A DNA stretch of 59,830 nt, filler included, from Nitrospinae bacterium RIFCSPLOWO2_12_FULL_45_22 (GTDB taxonomy: Bacteria; 2-12-FULL-45-22): assembly GCA_001803565.1 (NCBI GenBank). It is 7 parts of 7 records of this genome, joined end to end, with 100 filler letters (N's around TTAATTAATTAA, not from the genome) between each part and the next. Parts side by side here need not be neighbours in the genome. Positions count along the whole stretch, not along the records: positions 1 to 6,740 come from MHDQ01000269.1; positions 6,841 to 13,359 come from MHDQ01000270.1; 5 more parts are not named here. One strand, given 5' to 3'. Position numbers and translations under genes: made by a program. This document shows positions 1 through 9,218 of the stretch, piece by piece. The notes beneath the pieces are model-generated. The model was not told the DNA's origin, did not search any database, and saw nothing but the letters and a program-made list of their open reading frames with translations. How positions within the stretch are numbered: position 1 is the stretch's first letter; each line of letters opens with the position of its first letter.

Positions 1-1
1 G

Positions 2-1009
2 AGGTCAGCCTGGTCTCTGGGCAGATTTTTGCTGGACCATTTCATTACCGTTGTACCACCCCAGATGCTACATGCAGACATCTGGTATCGAGGCACAGCC
101 GATGCGGTTTATCAGAATCTTAATCTGATTGAGGACTTTTGTCCTGATCTGGTAGCAGTGTTTGGCGCGGATCATATCTACCGTATGGACATCAGGCAAA
201 TGATCAGGTTTCATCTAGATAAAGAGGCCGAGGTAACAGTAGCGGCCCGACCGGTACCTATCGGCCAAGCCGCTTCCTTTGGCATTATAGGTATTAATAC
301 CGACCAAAGGGTAGTAGATTTTCAAGAAAAACCGGAAAGGCCAAAACCCCTTCCCCAAGACCCTTCCCTGGCTTTTTCCTCTATGGGAAACTATATATTT
401 AACCGGGAAGTGTTGGCCCGCACTTTGAAAGAGGACGCTCACCGGAGTACAGAGCATGATTTTGGCAGGACCATCCTCCCTCAACTCCTCTCTAAAGCCC
501 AGGTCTTTGCTTATAACTTTCTACAGAATGAGATGCCTGGCTGTAAAGAATATGAGGAGAAGGGATATTGGCGCGATGTAGGGTCTATCGAGACTTACTG
601 GGAAGCTCACATGGACCTATTAGGCCCTAGACCATGGTTTGATTTAAATAATCTACAATGGCCCCTAATGACCATGGAATTTGCCGGGCCACCAGCCAAG
701 ATTACCCGAGGAGAAGTGGAAGATTCTATCCTCGGTGAAGGATGTTTTATACGGGGCGGTAAAGTCAGCAGGTCAGTATTAGGACGAGGAGTCGTAGTAG
801 AAGAGGATAGCCTGATAGAAGACTCTATAGTTATGGACTTTTGCCAGATAAGCAAAGGAGCCAGGGTACGAAAGACCGTTATAGATCGCTATAATATCAT
901 TGAGGGCCAGGATCAGATCGGATATGAACCAGAAAGGGATAAAGAGAGATTCTTTTTGGACCCTTCAGGAATAGTGGTCATCCCTCGCGGCAAAACCCGG
1001 CAGTTGTAG
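2..1009 (+). CDS. glgC: Glucose-1-phosphate adenylyltransferase (5' truncated by window edge)
   Basis: Motifs WYRGTADAVYQN, GADHIYRMD, FQEKP, SMGNYIF, HDFGRTILP, GYWRDVG and a C-terminal beta-helix; frame is open back to position 2. Confidence 0.95.
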   Translation, partial: RSAWSLGRFLLDHFITVVPPQMLHADIWYRGTADAVYQNLNLIEDFCPDLVAVFGADHIYRMDIRQMIRFHLDKEAEVTVAARPVPIGQAASFGIIGINTDQRVVDFQEKPERPKPLPQDPSLAFSSMGNYIFNREVLARTLKEDAHRSTEHDFGRTILPQLLSKAQVFAYNFLQNEMPGCKEYEEKGYWRDVGSIETYWEAHMDLLGPRPWFDLNNLQWPLMTMEFAGPPAKITRGEVEDSILGEGCFIRGGKVSRSVLGRGVVVEEDSLIEDSIVMDFCQISKGARVRKTVIDRYNIIEGQDQIGYEPERDKERFFLDPSGIVVIPRGKTRQL

Positions 1010-2647
1010 GCTTTTCCTGTTAGAGATAAGAATGGCCTTCCCCTCTTGGTCTACAATAAATCCAAAATCCGCTATATAGTCCCTTACCTTTTCATAATCT
1101 TTCTTATTTATCAAGCAATAAACCTGCTCTTTGGATGCCAAATACTGTCGCAACTCTTCCTTAGACTCTATCACCCGCCCCTGACGGCCACTATAAAAAA
1201 TGGCTGATTCCCGTAAGTGCTTATAGAATACTATCTTTTCTCCCGCTGGGACAAGCTGCCCCAGTTTTATAGCCACTCTTTTTACCGATTTGGATTGAGA
1301 TACAATAGGGAAGCCATAATAGATAAATATCAGAGTGGTTACTAAAATAAATATTAAGTTAATCAGGAAGAGCCCCTTTTTCTTATCTTTAATCAAAAAA
1401 AAGATATGGGAGGCACCAGTAGATATAAGCGCCAGGAGGGAAATTATAATAGTCTGGATTAATAAGGGCTGGGGGATATAGGGTAGAGGATGGTAATGTA
1501 GGTATATGAGCAGAAATAAAGGGGCTGGTAGGTAAGAGATTAATAAAAGCCAGGAAGATAGGCGGATACCTTTATTGAGGTTATTGCCGGCTGGAACCGC
1601 CATGAATAAATAATTATACCAGAATCGCCCTAACATAAGGGCTAAGGCAGGGTAGAGGGGCAGGAGATAAGGCCATTGCTTGGCCTTGGCTAAACTAAAA
1701 AAAAGAAATATTACCCCAAGCCAGAGGATTATAAATAGGCTGGCCCTCCTTTCTTTATCCCGGCTTTTTATTATAGTGGTCACCTGTGCAATCAAGGCAT
1801 TAGGCAAATAATATGTCCAGGGGATAAAGCTTATTGCTACTAAAGGAATATAATAGTAACTGGGTTGGCTATCCCCCGATGGGGGTGAGAAGAACCGGCC
1901 CAAATTTTGTTTAAAGAAAAAATGGCTGAAGAATTCTGGATTTTTTAATGTGACCAGAATATACCAGGGTAAGGATATCGCAAAAAATATTAATATCCCT
2001 TGCCTGGTAACTAGCTCTTTTAACTGACCTATCTTACCTACCAACAGCAAAAAAAGGATTATTATACCCATAGGCAATAAGAAGCCAATGGGCCCTTTAG
2101 CTAATACCCCAAAACCCATCGAAAGATAGAGGAGGAGAAGACAGGTATTGCTCCGCTCCTCTTTAAGATAAAAGAGATAAAAACATAAGAGCGAGAGGCT
2201 GATAAAGAAGGAAAGACCAATATCATGTACTACACTTTGAGATAAGGCTAGATAGATGCCGGTTGTAGCCAGGATAATACCAGCCAGGAAACCCGTTTCT
2301 CTATTGTAGAGATATTTCCCGAGATAAAATACTACTAGTACCCCGCCTAAACCCAATATGGCGGCCGGTAGCCGGGCAGCAAGCTCATTAACACCCAAAA
2401 ATAGAAAAGATAAGCTTACCAACCAATAATGTAGGATGGGTTTATCAAAAAATTTCTCACCATTAAACCGGGGGGTGATCCAGTCTCCGGTCTCTAAAAT
2501 CTCTTTAGAAACCTGGGCATGCATCCCTTCATCAGGCTCCCAGAGGGGGCGATTATTATTAAAGGGGAAAAAGAATAAAAATAGGGAGAAAAGGATTAAA
2601 AAAATAAGGGGGCAAAAATCATACTGCCATACAATCTTCCAGGTCAT
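965..2647 (-). CDS. ArnT/PMT-like membrane glycosyltransferase (GT-C fold)
   Basis: WEPDEG..AQVSKE..GDWITPRFNG..FFDKP; LAKGPIG; many transmembrane segments. Confidence 0.85.
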   Translation of the reverse strand: MTWKIVWQYDFCPLIFLILFSLFLFFFPFNNNRPLWEPDEGMHAQVSKEILETGDWITPRFNGEKFFDKPILHYWLVSLSFLFLGVNELAARLPAAILGLGGVLVVFYLGKYLYNRETGFLAGIILATTGIYLALSQSVVHDIGLSFFISLSLLCFYLFYLKEERSNTCLLLLYLSMGFGVLAKGPIGFLLPMGIIILFLLLVGKIGQLKELVTRQGILIFFAISLPWYILVTLKNPEFFSHFFFKQNLGRFFSPPSGDSQPSYYYIPLVAISFIPWTYYLPNALIAQVTTIIKSRDKERRASLFIILWLGVIFLFFSLAKAKQWPYLLPLYPALALMLGRFWYNYLFMAVPAGNNLNKGIRLSSWLLLISYLPAPLFLLIYLHYHPLPYIPQPLLIQTIIISLLALISTGASHIFFLIKDKKKGLFLINLIFILVTTLIFIYYGFPIVSQSKSVKRVAIKLGQLVPAGEKIVFYKHLRESAIFYSGRQGRVIESKEELRQYLASKEQVYCLINKKDYEKVRDYIADFGFIVDQEGKAILISNRKSLQLPGFAARDDHYS

Positions 2648-2931
2648 ATATTAAAATTAGTAGTGATATAACGCAAGCCTAAAGGCATTGCCCTACAATG
2701 CTCTGCCAGGAAGCTTGCATAATTCAGAATTATTTTTTGTAGCAGCTAAACTTCTACTATGCTATCTTGTTGAAATTCTTTTTGCAATACTAGAAAGTTA
2801 ATCTTGCAATTTTTATTAAAATTGTTAGATTAGCAAACTTACTATGAGACCTTTTGCTTACCCAACCAGATTTGCTAACCCATAAGGTTATGACTAATCC
2901 ATTCTGATAATACGGAGAGGTAGACTAAGAT

Positions 2932-3657
2932 ATGGACAAAAAGACTTTAGAAAGTTTTAAAGAGCTACTCCTTAAAGAACGGGAAAGACTAGCTGTAGAG
3001 GCGGAGAAAGCTAATAAAGAGTTCCAGATTTTAGGAGAGGATAGACCTATTGAGAGCGAAGAAAAGGCCAGTGTAAATATTGTCCTGGATGTATTGGCTA
3101 AACTAAGAGACCAGGGGAACAAAGAGTTAAAAGGTATAGAAGATGCCCTAACTAAAATCGAAGCTGGCGCCTATGGTATGTGCGAGGAGTGTGGTAAAAA
3201 TATCTCCGAGGCAAGGCTAAAGGTTTTACCTACAGCCCGGCTCTGTATAAATTGTAAAGAGATAATAGAAAAACGAGAAAAAATTGATTTGCTCCCCGAG
3301 AAGATTAAAGCTCCACAAAAAGTCTCTCTGGAAGAATATACGAACCTGTCTGATGAAGACCTAACAGAAACAATTTTTGAGCAGCTAGAAGAAGATGGAC
3401 GGGTAGATACTAGCAATCTTGAGGTCCTTGTCCAGGCTGGAAGAGTATTCCTCTCTGGCTCTGTTAGTTCCGAAGCAGATAGGCAGATAATCCTTCAATT
3501 AATCCCTGATAATATAGGGATAACCGATGTAGAAGATAAGCTGGAAGTAGCAGAATCTATCTACATTGCTGATGAAGCCGACTCCAAACCGCTTGATCAT
3601 CTTGAACTGGATGATGATCTTGAAGAGATAGATGAAGAAGACTTAGACCTTGACTAA
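2932..3657 (+). CDS. TraR/DksA C4-type zinc-finger protein fused to a BON domain with an acidic tail
   Basis: YGMCEECG..ARLKVLPTARLCINC zinc finger; BON pattern DGRVDTSNLEVLVQAGRVFLSGSV..GITDVEDKLEV; GAGG RBS upstream. Confidence 0.8.
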   Translation: MDKKTLESFKELLLKERERLAVEAEKANKEFQILGEDRPIESEEKASVNIVLDVLAKLRDQGNKELKGIEDALTKIEAGAYGMCEECGKNISEARLKVLPTARLCINCKEIIEKREKIDLLPEKIKAPQKVSLEEYTNLSDEDLTETIFEQLEEDGRVDTSNLEVLVQAGRVFLSGSVSSEADRQIILQLIPDNIGITDVEDKLEVAESIYIADEADSKPLDHLELDDDLEEIDEEDLDLD

Positions 3658-3659
3658 TC

Positions 3660-5168
3660 TCAATTACTTTCCATAAAGCTTTCCAATATCATTTTGCGTA
3701 GAGGGTTTTTTAGTTTTTTTAAGGCCAATTGCTCAATCTGCCTGATCCTTTCCCTACTAACGCCCATGATATTCCCTATCTCCTGGAGGGTATGCTCCGT
3801 TGTACCAGCAATACCGAAACGCATCTTAACCACCTGCTCTTCCCGGGGGGTGAGAGTAGACAGGACTTTCTTTACTTGCCGAGAGAGGTCTAGCCTGATA
3901 ATTGTTTCCGCAGGAGAATCTATCTTCTTATCTCTAACAAAATCCCCTAAACAGCTATCCTCATTACCTACCGGTGTTTCCAGAGAAAGGGGGTTTTTTG
4001 ACATCCTTAAGAGGTCCCGTACCTCCTCTGGAGTCAAATCAATCCCCTTAGCCACTTCGTTAATATGAGGTTCTCTACCCAATCCTTTCCATAGCTGATG
4101 GTACACACCGATTACTTTTTTTATTATTTCGGTTATATATACCGGGACCCTGATAGTTCTCGATTGTTCCGCAATAGCCCTCATTATGGACTGTCTAATC
4201 CACCAGATAGCATAAGTACTAAATTTATAGCCCTTCTTATAATCAAACTTCTCTGCGGCCTTTATTAATCCTATGTTACCTTCTTGAGCCAGATCCAGAA
4301 ATTTTACTCCGTGGTTAGTATAACGCTTTGCAATCATCAATACTAATCTTAGGTTCGACTCTACTAGCTTGTTTTTAGCTTCTCTAGCCTTTGCTTCTGC
4401 CCTCTCTATAGCCACCAGAGTAGCTTCTAAATCTTTTTGATTGGCTTGGTTATTAGAAGAGCCTAGGTTCTGGGTTTTTAATTGAACATTAATTTCTCTC
4501 AATCTCTGGCTAATACGGTCTATTTGTTCTTTCTTAAGATCCAATGCGCGCAATAACGCTAATAATCTCTCTTCGTTGCGCAAAAGGTTTGCCTTAAGCC
4601 TCTTGTATTCTTTTGCATCTCTTGTAGCTCTATTTATAGGCTTATTAATAATAAGCTTTTTTGTTTTATTGCTTTTATAAAGCCGATCTATCTTCCTCAG
4701 CGCTGCCTTAAAACTTTTTATATCCGCTATCCCATCTACTTCAGTTGTCCCAACGAGATTTTCTAAACGCTCCTCCCCCTTCTCGATCTTGTCTCCAAGT
4801 TTCAAAATCTCATCAATGGCATAAGGAGATGATAAAACAGCCCTTCTGATCTCCTCCTCTCCCTCCTCTTTTCTCCTGCCTAATTCACGCTCATCATTCT
4901 TGGTCAGTAGAGGATATTTCATCATTTCCTGAAAGTAGTGCGTATAGGGAGAACCCCTATATCCTTTAACCGGTTCCGCAGGTATGTCTTCAGTATCCAC
5001 CTCTTCGCTATTAGAAAATAATTCAGAAATATCTCCCTTCTCGTCTGACTGAAGCCCCTCTTCGGAAGAGACTTGTTCTTCTAAGTCTTCTTTTTCAGCT
5101 AAGTAAAAACTTATGCCCATATCTTCCTTTTTCCACATCTTATTCTTATTAACTATTCTCCCCCCCAC
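3660..5168 (-). CDS. Sigma-70 family RpoD-like sigma factor, probably a paralog; start uncertain
   Basis: Region 1.2 YPLLTK.DE, region 2 [36 protein letters not shown], region 4 [16 protein letters not shown]; no clear region 1.1. Confidence 0.9.
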   Translation of the reverse strand: MGGRIVNKNKMWKKEDMGISFYLAEKEDLEEQVSSEEGLQSDEKGDISELFSNSEEVDTEDIPAEPVKGYRGSPYTHYFQEMMKYPLLTKNDERELGRRKEEGEEEIRRAVLSSPYAIDEILKLGDKIEKGEERLENLVGTTEVDGIADIKSFKAALRKIDRLYKSNKTKKLIINKPINRATRDAKEYKRLKANLLRNEERLLALLRALDLKKEQIDRISQRLREINVQLKTQNLGSSNNQANQKDLEATLVAIERAEAKAREAKNKLVESNLRLVLMIAKRYTNHGVKFLDLAQEGNIGLIKAAEKFDYKKGYKFSTYAIWWIRQSIMRAIAEQSRTIRVPVYITEIIKKVIGVYHQLWKGLGREPHINEVAKGIDLTPEEVRDLLRMSKNPLSLETPVGNEDSCLGDFVRDKKIDSPAETIIRLDLSRQVKKVLSTLTPREEQVVKMRFGIAGTTEHTLQEIGNIMGVSRERIRQIEQLALKKLKNPLRKMILESFMESN

Positions 5169-5424
5169 CTATTATTAAATTTTTTGTTTATTTTTAAAAC
5201 CTTTTCTTATATAATAAACAGAATAGCTTCCCCTGAGACAAAGAAAGCCTGCTCTTTGCAGGCCTGCAAAAGTATTAAAAACACGTACTATAAACTTATA
5301 GTATTATACTACAATTCTTCCTAAGAGTCAACCTTTTATTTAATTTTTTTATTAATTTTTCTCTTCATTTGACTTGCCTTTTGAAAGGAAGAAGTTTTAC
5401 CTAGTTGAAAAGGAGGAAAAATAT

Positions 5425-6740
5425 ATGAATGTCTTCAGGAAGGTCTGGGGTATTTTCTCTTCTAAGTCCTGGTGGTTAATAGGCAACCCTAAAGTAGAAC
5501 AGACACAGCGCTTAGAGATCCTAGACCATGCCCAGGCCATAGTAAAAGCTGCCCAGGATTTAGAGAGTATCGCAGTGGGTTATGCCCCATTAGCAGAGCT
5601 ATTATTCCCCGTAGGAGAGATATTTAAAGATAGGCCGGTAGGATTGGGTAGCCAGCGTATACCCTGGGAGCCCAGTGGGCTTCATACCGGTGGAACTTCG
5701 CCGGTAATCCTGAAAGAAGCAGGGGTTATCTTTGGATTAATCGGACATAGAGAAGCCCGGGATGACCTTGGCGAAGGCCCCCATCTCAATAAACAGATAA
5801 GAATAGCGTTGGATTATGGCATTATCCCTATCTTATGCTGTGGAGAGCCAAAAGGTTCCCTGGTAGAGTCAGAGACTACACGGGAAAAGGCTTTAAAAGC
5901 AGAATTACTACCAGCCCTCGAGGGGTTTACCGCCGAGGAACTCCTTCAGGGACAGCTCACCATAGCTTATGAGCCGGGTCATGTTATTGGGTTGGACCAA
6001 CCTGCAGATATGGGCTATATAAGGAGCGGATTCTCCCTGATAAAAAAGATTTTGCTGAAGCATAATCTGGAAGGCTTAGCTAAAAAGGGGAGACTGCTCT
6101 ATGGTGGTGGGGTAAATTCCGATACTATCCAGCAGGTATGGGGCCTGGATAGGCCGACCAAGGTCTTCTCGGGCGAGAACTGGGCAGGTTTTCTAGTAGG
6201 TAGGGCCAGTGCCTCACCAGACTTTATGGATATGATGGAAAAATGGCAAGCCAAATTAGGCCGGTATCGGGATAGGAGTAAGGTCTTCCTGATGGAGGAG
6301 GATAAGACGGGAGTCGAGAGGTTAGAAATACCTCAGATAGCCCCCCCCCAAAAGAAGGTTAGGGTAGCCGTCTATGGCATAGGCGAAGTGGGAGTTGGGT
6401 TTATAACCTCGGTCTTCAAAGAAGATAAAATAGACATTGTACAGTTGTTCAATATGGAAGTGGATGCAGAGGACATCCGGGCAAGGATATATAAGAGTCT
6501 GTTTATTGATAAAGATAAGGTATTTATAGATGACCACCATGTCGTGATAAAGGATGAGGTCGCCGTGCAAGATGAGATTGAGATTGATGGTGAAATCTTT
6601 AATCTAAGAAGCTTATTGAACAGCATGGTCAATGACCATAGCAAAATAACGAAGGTTTTACGGGAGCAGAAGATGCTGGTAACCCCGGCCCATGACCCCA
6701 GAGAAGCAGCCTCCCAGTTGGTAAAGGATATAGATATTGT
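5425..6740 (+). CDS. Divergent triosephosphate isomerase fused to a GAPDH-like NAD-binding domain (3' truncated at contig end)
   Basis: AGGAGG RBS before ATG 5425; TIM motifs IGNPK, GHREAR, ILCCGE, IAYEP, YGGGV, FLVGRAS; from about 6352 KVRVAVYGIGEVG..DIVQLFN..DAE..HHVVIKD..KMLVTPAHDP..DIDI, resembling the GAPDH N-terminal domain. Confidence 0.75.
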
Positions 6741-6840
6741 NNNNNNNNNNNNNNNNNNNNNNNNNNNNNNNNNNNNNNNNNNNNTTAATTAATTAANNNN
6801 NNNNNNNNNNNNNNNNNNNNNNNNNNNNNNNNNNNNNNNN
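6741..6840. other. Artificial contig linker
   Basis: N run, TTAATTAATTAA (stops in all six frames), N run. Confidence 0.99.
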
Positions 6841-6842
6841 AT

Positions 6843-6974
6843 ATCTATAATGCCCACCTTAATCCCGATGTTTTCCCCTTCGACTTTACTATCTTTACCG
6901 GCAAAATCTCCGTAGAACGTATGCTTAAAGAACACCTTCTGGAATATATGGCTCAGAAAGAAAAAGGCCAATGA
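6843..6974 (+). CDS. 3' end of a cytochrome b (FdnI/hydrogenase cytochrome b-like) gene, not in the ORF track
   Basis: Manual translation [35 protein letters not shown]..stop resembles the HxYxxHLxP..FTG.IS....EHPLEY tail of this family. Confidence 0.65.
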   Translation: MYNAHLNPDVFPFDFTIFTGKISVERMLKEHLLEYMAQKEKGQ

Positions 6975-6980
6975 ATATGA

Positions 6981-7103
6981 GTAACAGTTCAGCCCCTATC
7001 GAAAATGAATGTCATTCCGACCAAAGGGAGGAATCTTTATTTACCTCCGGTCTCGGAAGGATTTCTCGCTGCGCTCGAAAGGACAAAGAACCTGAACTGT
7101 TAC
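6981..7103. mobile_element. MITE-like element, family A, carrying a nested TGTCAT..GACA palindrome (7010-7085)
   Basis: Perfect 12-bp TIR GTAACAGTTCAG/CTGAACTGTTAC; 8-bp direct repeat GAATATGA on both flanks. Confidence 0.8.
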
Positions 7104-7113
7104 GAATATGATT

Positions 7114-7215
7114 TGTTGAATTATTCAGCATAATTAGGTAGCTTTAGAAAAATAGGTAAAAAACGAGCAAAGACATGTTGAATATTTCAGCAATATCATG
7201 TTGATTTATTCAGCA
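7114..7215. promoter_or_regulatory. Three near-palindromic sites TGTTGA-W5-TCAGCA, putative enhancer (UAS) for a sigma54 activator
   Basis: Copies at 7114-7130, 7176-7192 and 7199-7215, about 120-220 bp upstream of a -24/-12 promoter. Confidence 0.7.
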
Positions 7216-7335
7216 TTTTTTGGGGATTTAGCTTTATTTCGCTCCGCTTTTTCGATGTCTCTTTAGTCCTCCCCAAAATTTATCTTCAGAAAAATCAGTC
7301 CTTTCCGAACCAATAACCCGATAACCCCTTTGCTC

Positions 7336-7351
7336 TGGCACAGTTATTGCC
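7336..7351 (+). promoter_or_regulatory. Sigma54 (-24/-12) promoter
   Basis: TGGCACAGTTATTGCC matches TGGCAC-N5-TTGC with exact GG-N10-GC spacing, about 85 bp before the first gene. Confidence 0.8.
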
Positions 7352-7435
7352 TTTGAGATTAAGTGAGCCGCAAAGCTCCAAAGAGTCCAAGGGAAGGAAT
7401 GAAGGGTTATGGTTTTTAAAAGGAGGCGATGGTTT

Positions 7436-8191
7436 ATGAAACGTCAAATCAGATATCCAGCCACCATCATTGCTACCATTGTTATTGCCCTGGTAGCTAT
7501 CCCGGCCTTGGCAGTGTTGGGATTTATGTTGCGATATGTATTATTAGCAGCAATACCCATTGTCCTCTTGGGGTATGTCCTGGCCTATGCTGTAAGCCCT
7601 TGGGTAGGGAAAGTCTTTTCACAAGAAGCCCTCGATAGATCTATGTTGAATGGTTTTAAGGTGCCCAAAGGGGTCCTATTCCATCCCTTCCACAGTTGGG
7701 TAAAGTTAGAATCCCCAAAAAAAGCAGCTATTGGGGTAGATGACTTTGTGCAAAAGGTCTTGGGTCCGTTAGAAGCGATTGATACACCTCCGGTAGGGAC
7801 AAGAATCCAGCGAGAAGAAAACCTCTTTCAATTGAGGCGCGGAGACCGAACAGTAGATATAAAATCTCCCATTGCCGGTACCGTCTGTTCAGTCAATGAC
7901 AAGCTTTCTCGGTATCCTACCCTGGTCAACCAGTTCCCTTATGGTAAGGGATGGATAGTAAAACTCCGTCCGGATAATCTTAGTGATGACATAAGAAATC
8001 TTAGGGTAGCAAACGAGGCGCTGAAATGGTTTCGTGAGGAGTTGGAGCGATTTCAATCCCTATTGTCACCCCGTCCGCTCCAGGTCCAAATATTACAGGA
8101 CGGGGGTACAGTAGTGGATGACCTGTGGGCTTACCTAGATAATGACACCTGGTTGTCTATCAAGAAAAACTTTTTTAATAACGCGAGTTAG
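7436..8191 (+). CDS. Membrane-anchored GcvH-fold protein, lipoyl Lys absent
   Basis: Two N-terminal hydrophobic helices; FHPFHSWV..IGVDDFVQK..SPIAGTVCSVN..PYGKGWIVK; QDGG tail; AGGAGG RBS. Confidence 0.8.
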   Translation: MKRQIRYPATIIATIVIALVAIPALAVLGFMLRYVLLAAIPIVLLGYVLAYAVSPWVGKVFSQEALDRSMLNGFKVPKGVLFHPFHSWVKLESPKKAAIGVDDFVQKVLGPLEAIDTPPVGTRIQREENLFQLRRGDRTVDIKSPIAGTVCSVNDKLSRYPTLVNQFPYGKGWIVKLRPDNLSDDIRNLRVANEALKWFREELERFQSLLSPRPLQVQILQDGGTVVDDLWAYLDNDTWLSIKKNFFNNAS

Positions 8192-8307
8192 AAAGAAGAG
8201 CGGGAGTTTTTAGCCTGAAGAAGAAACAGTTCGGAAGCAACTGCTTGATGAAAGAGGATAAATAATAAACCTGAATCCAGTGCAAAATTATTTAGGGAGG
8301 AGCCGAA

Positions 8308-9216
8308 ATGGATCTCAAGAGAAGGGATTTTCTCAAAATAATTGGTTTAAGCACCGGAAGTGGACTTTTAGGTTGGGTGGGGACGGCTAATGCTTATGTA
8401 ACTAAACCTGATCCACATGATTCTGCAGCTATGTTAGTTGATACCACCAGGTGTGTCGGGTGCCGTACCTGTGAGATGGTTTGTGCCGAGGTGAATAATT
8501 TACCAGAGCCAGCTCTTTTGGGCGACGAATCTATCTTTGAGCAAAAAAGAACAACGGAAACATATGCTCACACGGTGGTTAATCGCTATCCTAACCCGAC
8601 AGGTGAGCCGGTATATGTCAAGACCCAATGTCGACACTGCAACGAACCGGCCTGTGCTTCTGCTTGCCTGGTAAAGGCAATGGAAAAGACACCGGAAGGT
8701 CCGGTTGTTTACCATGAGGAAAGGTGTATGGGATGTCGCTACTGCATGGTAGCCTGTCCCTTCTATATCCCAAAATTCGAATGGTCAAAAGCCGTTCCCG
8801 CTGTCCGCAAGTGTATATTTTGTTTTGAACGCCAGAAAGAAGGATTGGAACCCGCTTGTGCGGAGAACTGTCCAGCGGAGGCCCTTAAGTTTGGCAAGCG
8901 GAAAGAACTGCTTGAAATTGCCAGAACCCGCATCTACCAAAATCCTGATCAGTATATTCACCATATCTATGGAGAGCATGAGGTCGGTGGTACGGGGTGG
9001 CTGTATCTCTCCAATATACCATTCGAGCAATTGGGTTTCCGAATGGACCTCGGAACGAGGCCTTATCCAGAATTTACCAAAGGCTTTCTCACAGCAGTGC
9101 CCCTGGTGCTTCTTATTTGGCCAGCTCTGCTCGGAGGTGTATATGCCTTTACAAACCAACGAGAGCAAATGAACAATACAGAAAAAGCTGTTAGCCCAAT
9201 CAAAAAGGAGGTCTGA
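8308..9216 (+). CDS. Tat-exported 4x[4Fe-4S] protein, HybA/HmcB/NrfC-like, with C-terminal membrane anchor
   Basis: KRRDFLK Tat motif; CVGCRTCEMVC, CRHCNEPACASAC, CMGCRYCMVAC, CIFC..CAENC; HIYGEHEVGGT. Confidence 0.9.
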   Translation: MDLKRRDFLKIIGLSTGSGLLGWVGTANAYVTKPDPHDSAAMLVDTTRCVGCRTCEMVCAEVNNLPEPALLGDESIFEQKRTTETYAHTVVNRYPNPTGEPVYVKTQCRHCNEPACASACLVKAMEKTPEGPVVYHEERCMGCRYCMVACPFYIPKFEWSKAVPAVRKCIFCFERQKEGLEPACAENCPAEALKFGKRKELLEIARTRIYQNPDQYIHHIYGEHEVGGTGWLYLSNIPFEQLGFRMDLGTRPYPEFTKGFLTAVPLVLLIWPALLGGVYAFTNQREQMNNTEKAVSPIKKEV

Positions 9217-9218
9217 TC

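Noticed and set aside
6741-6840. Repeated TTAATTAATTAA palindrome within N runs (six copies)
   Set aside because: Artificial contig spacer, not biology. ORFs that run into X stretches are truncated there.
7114-7215. FNR boxes
   Set aside because: Spacing is TTGA-N5-TCAG rather than the FNR TTGAT-N4-ATCAA.
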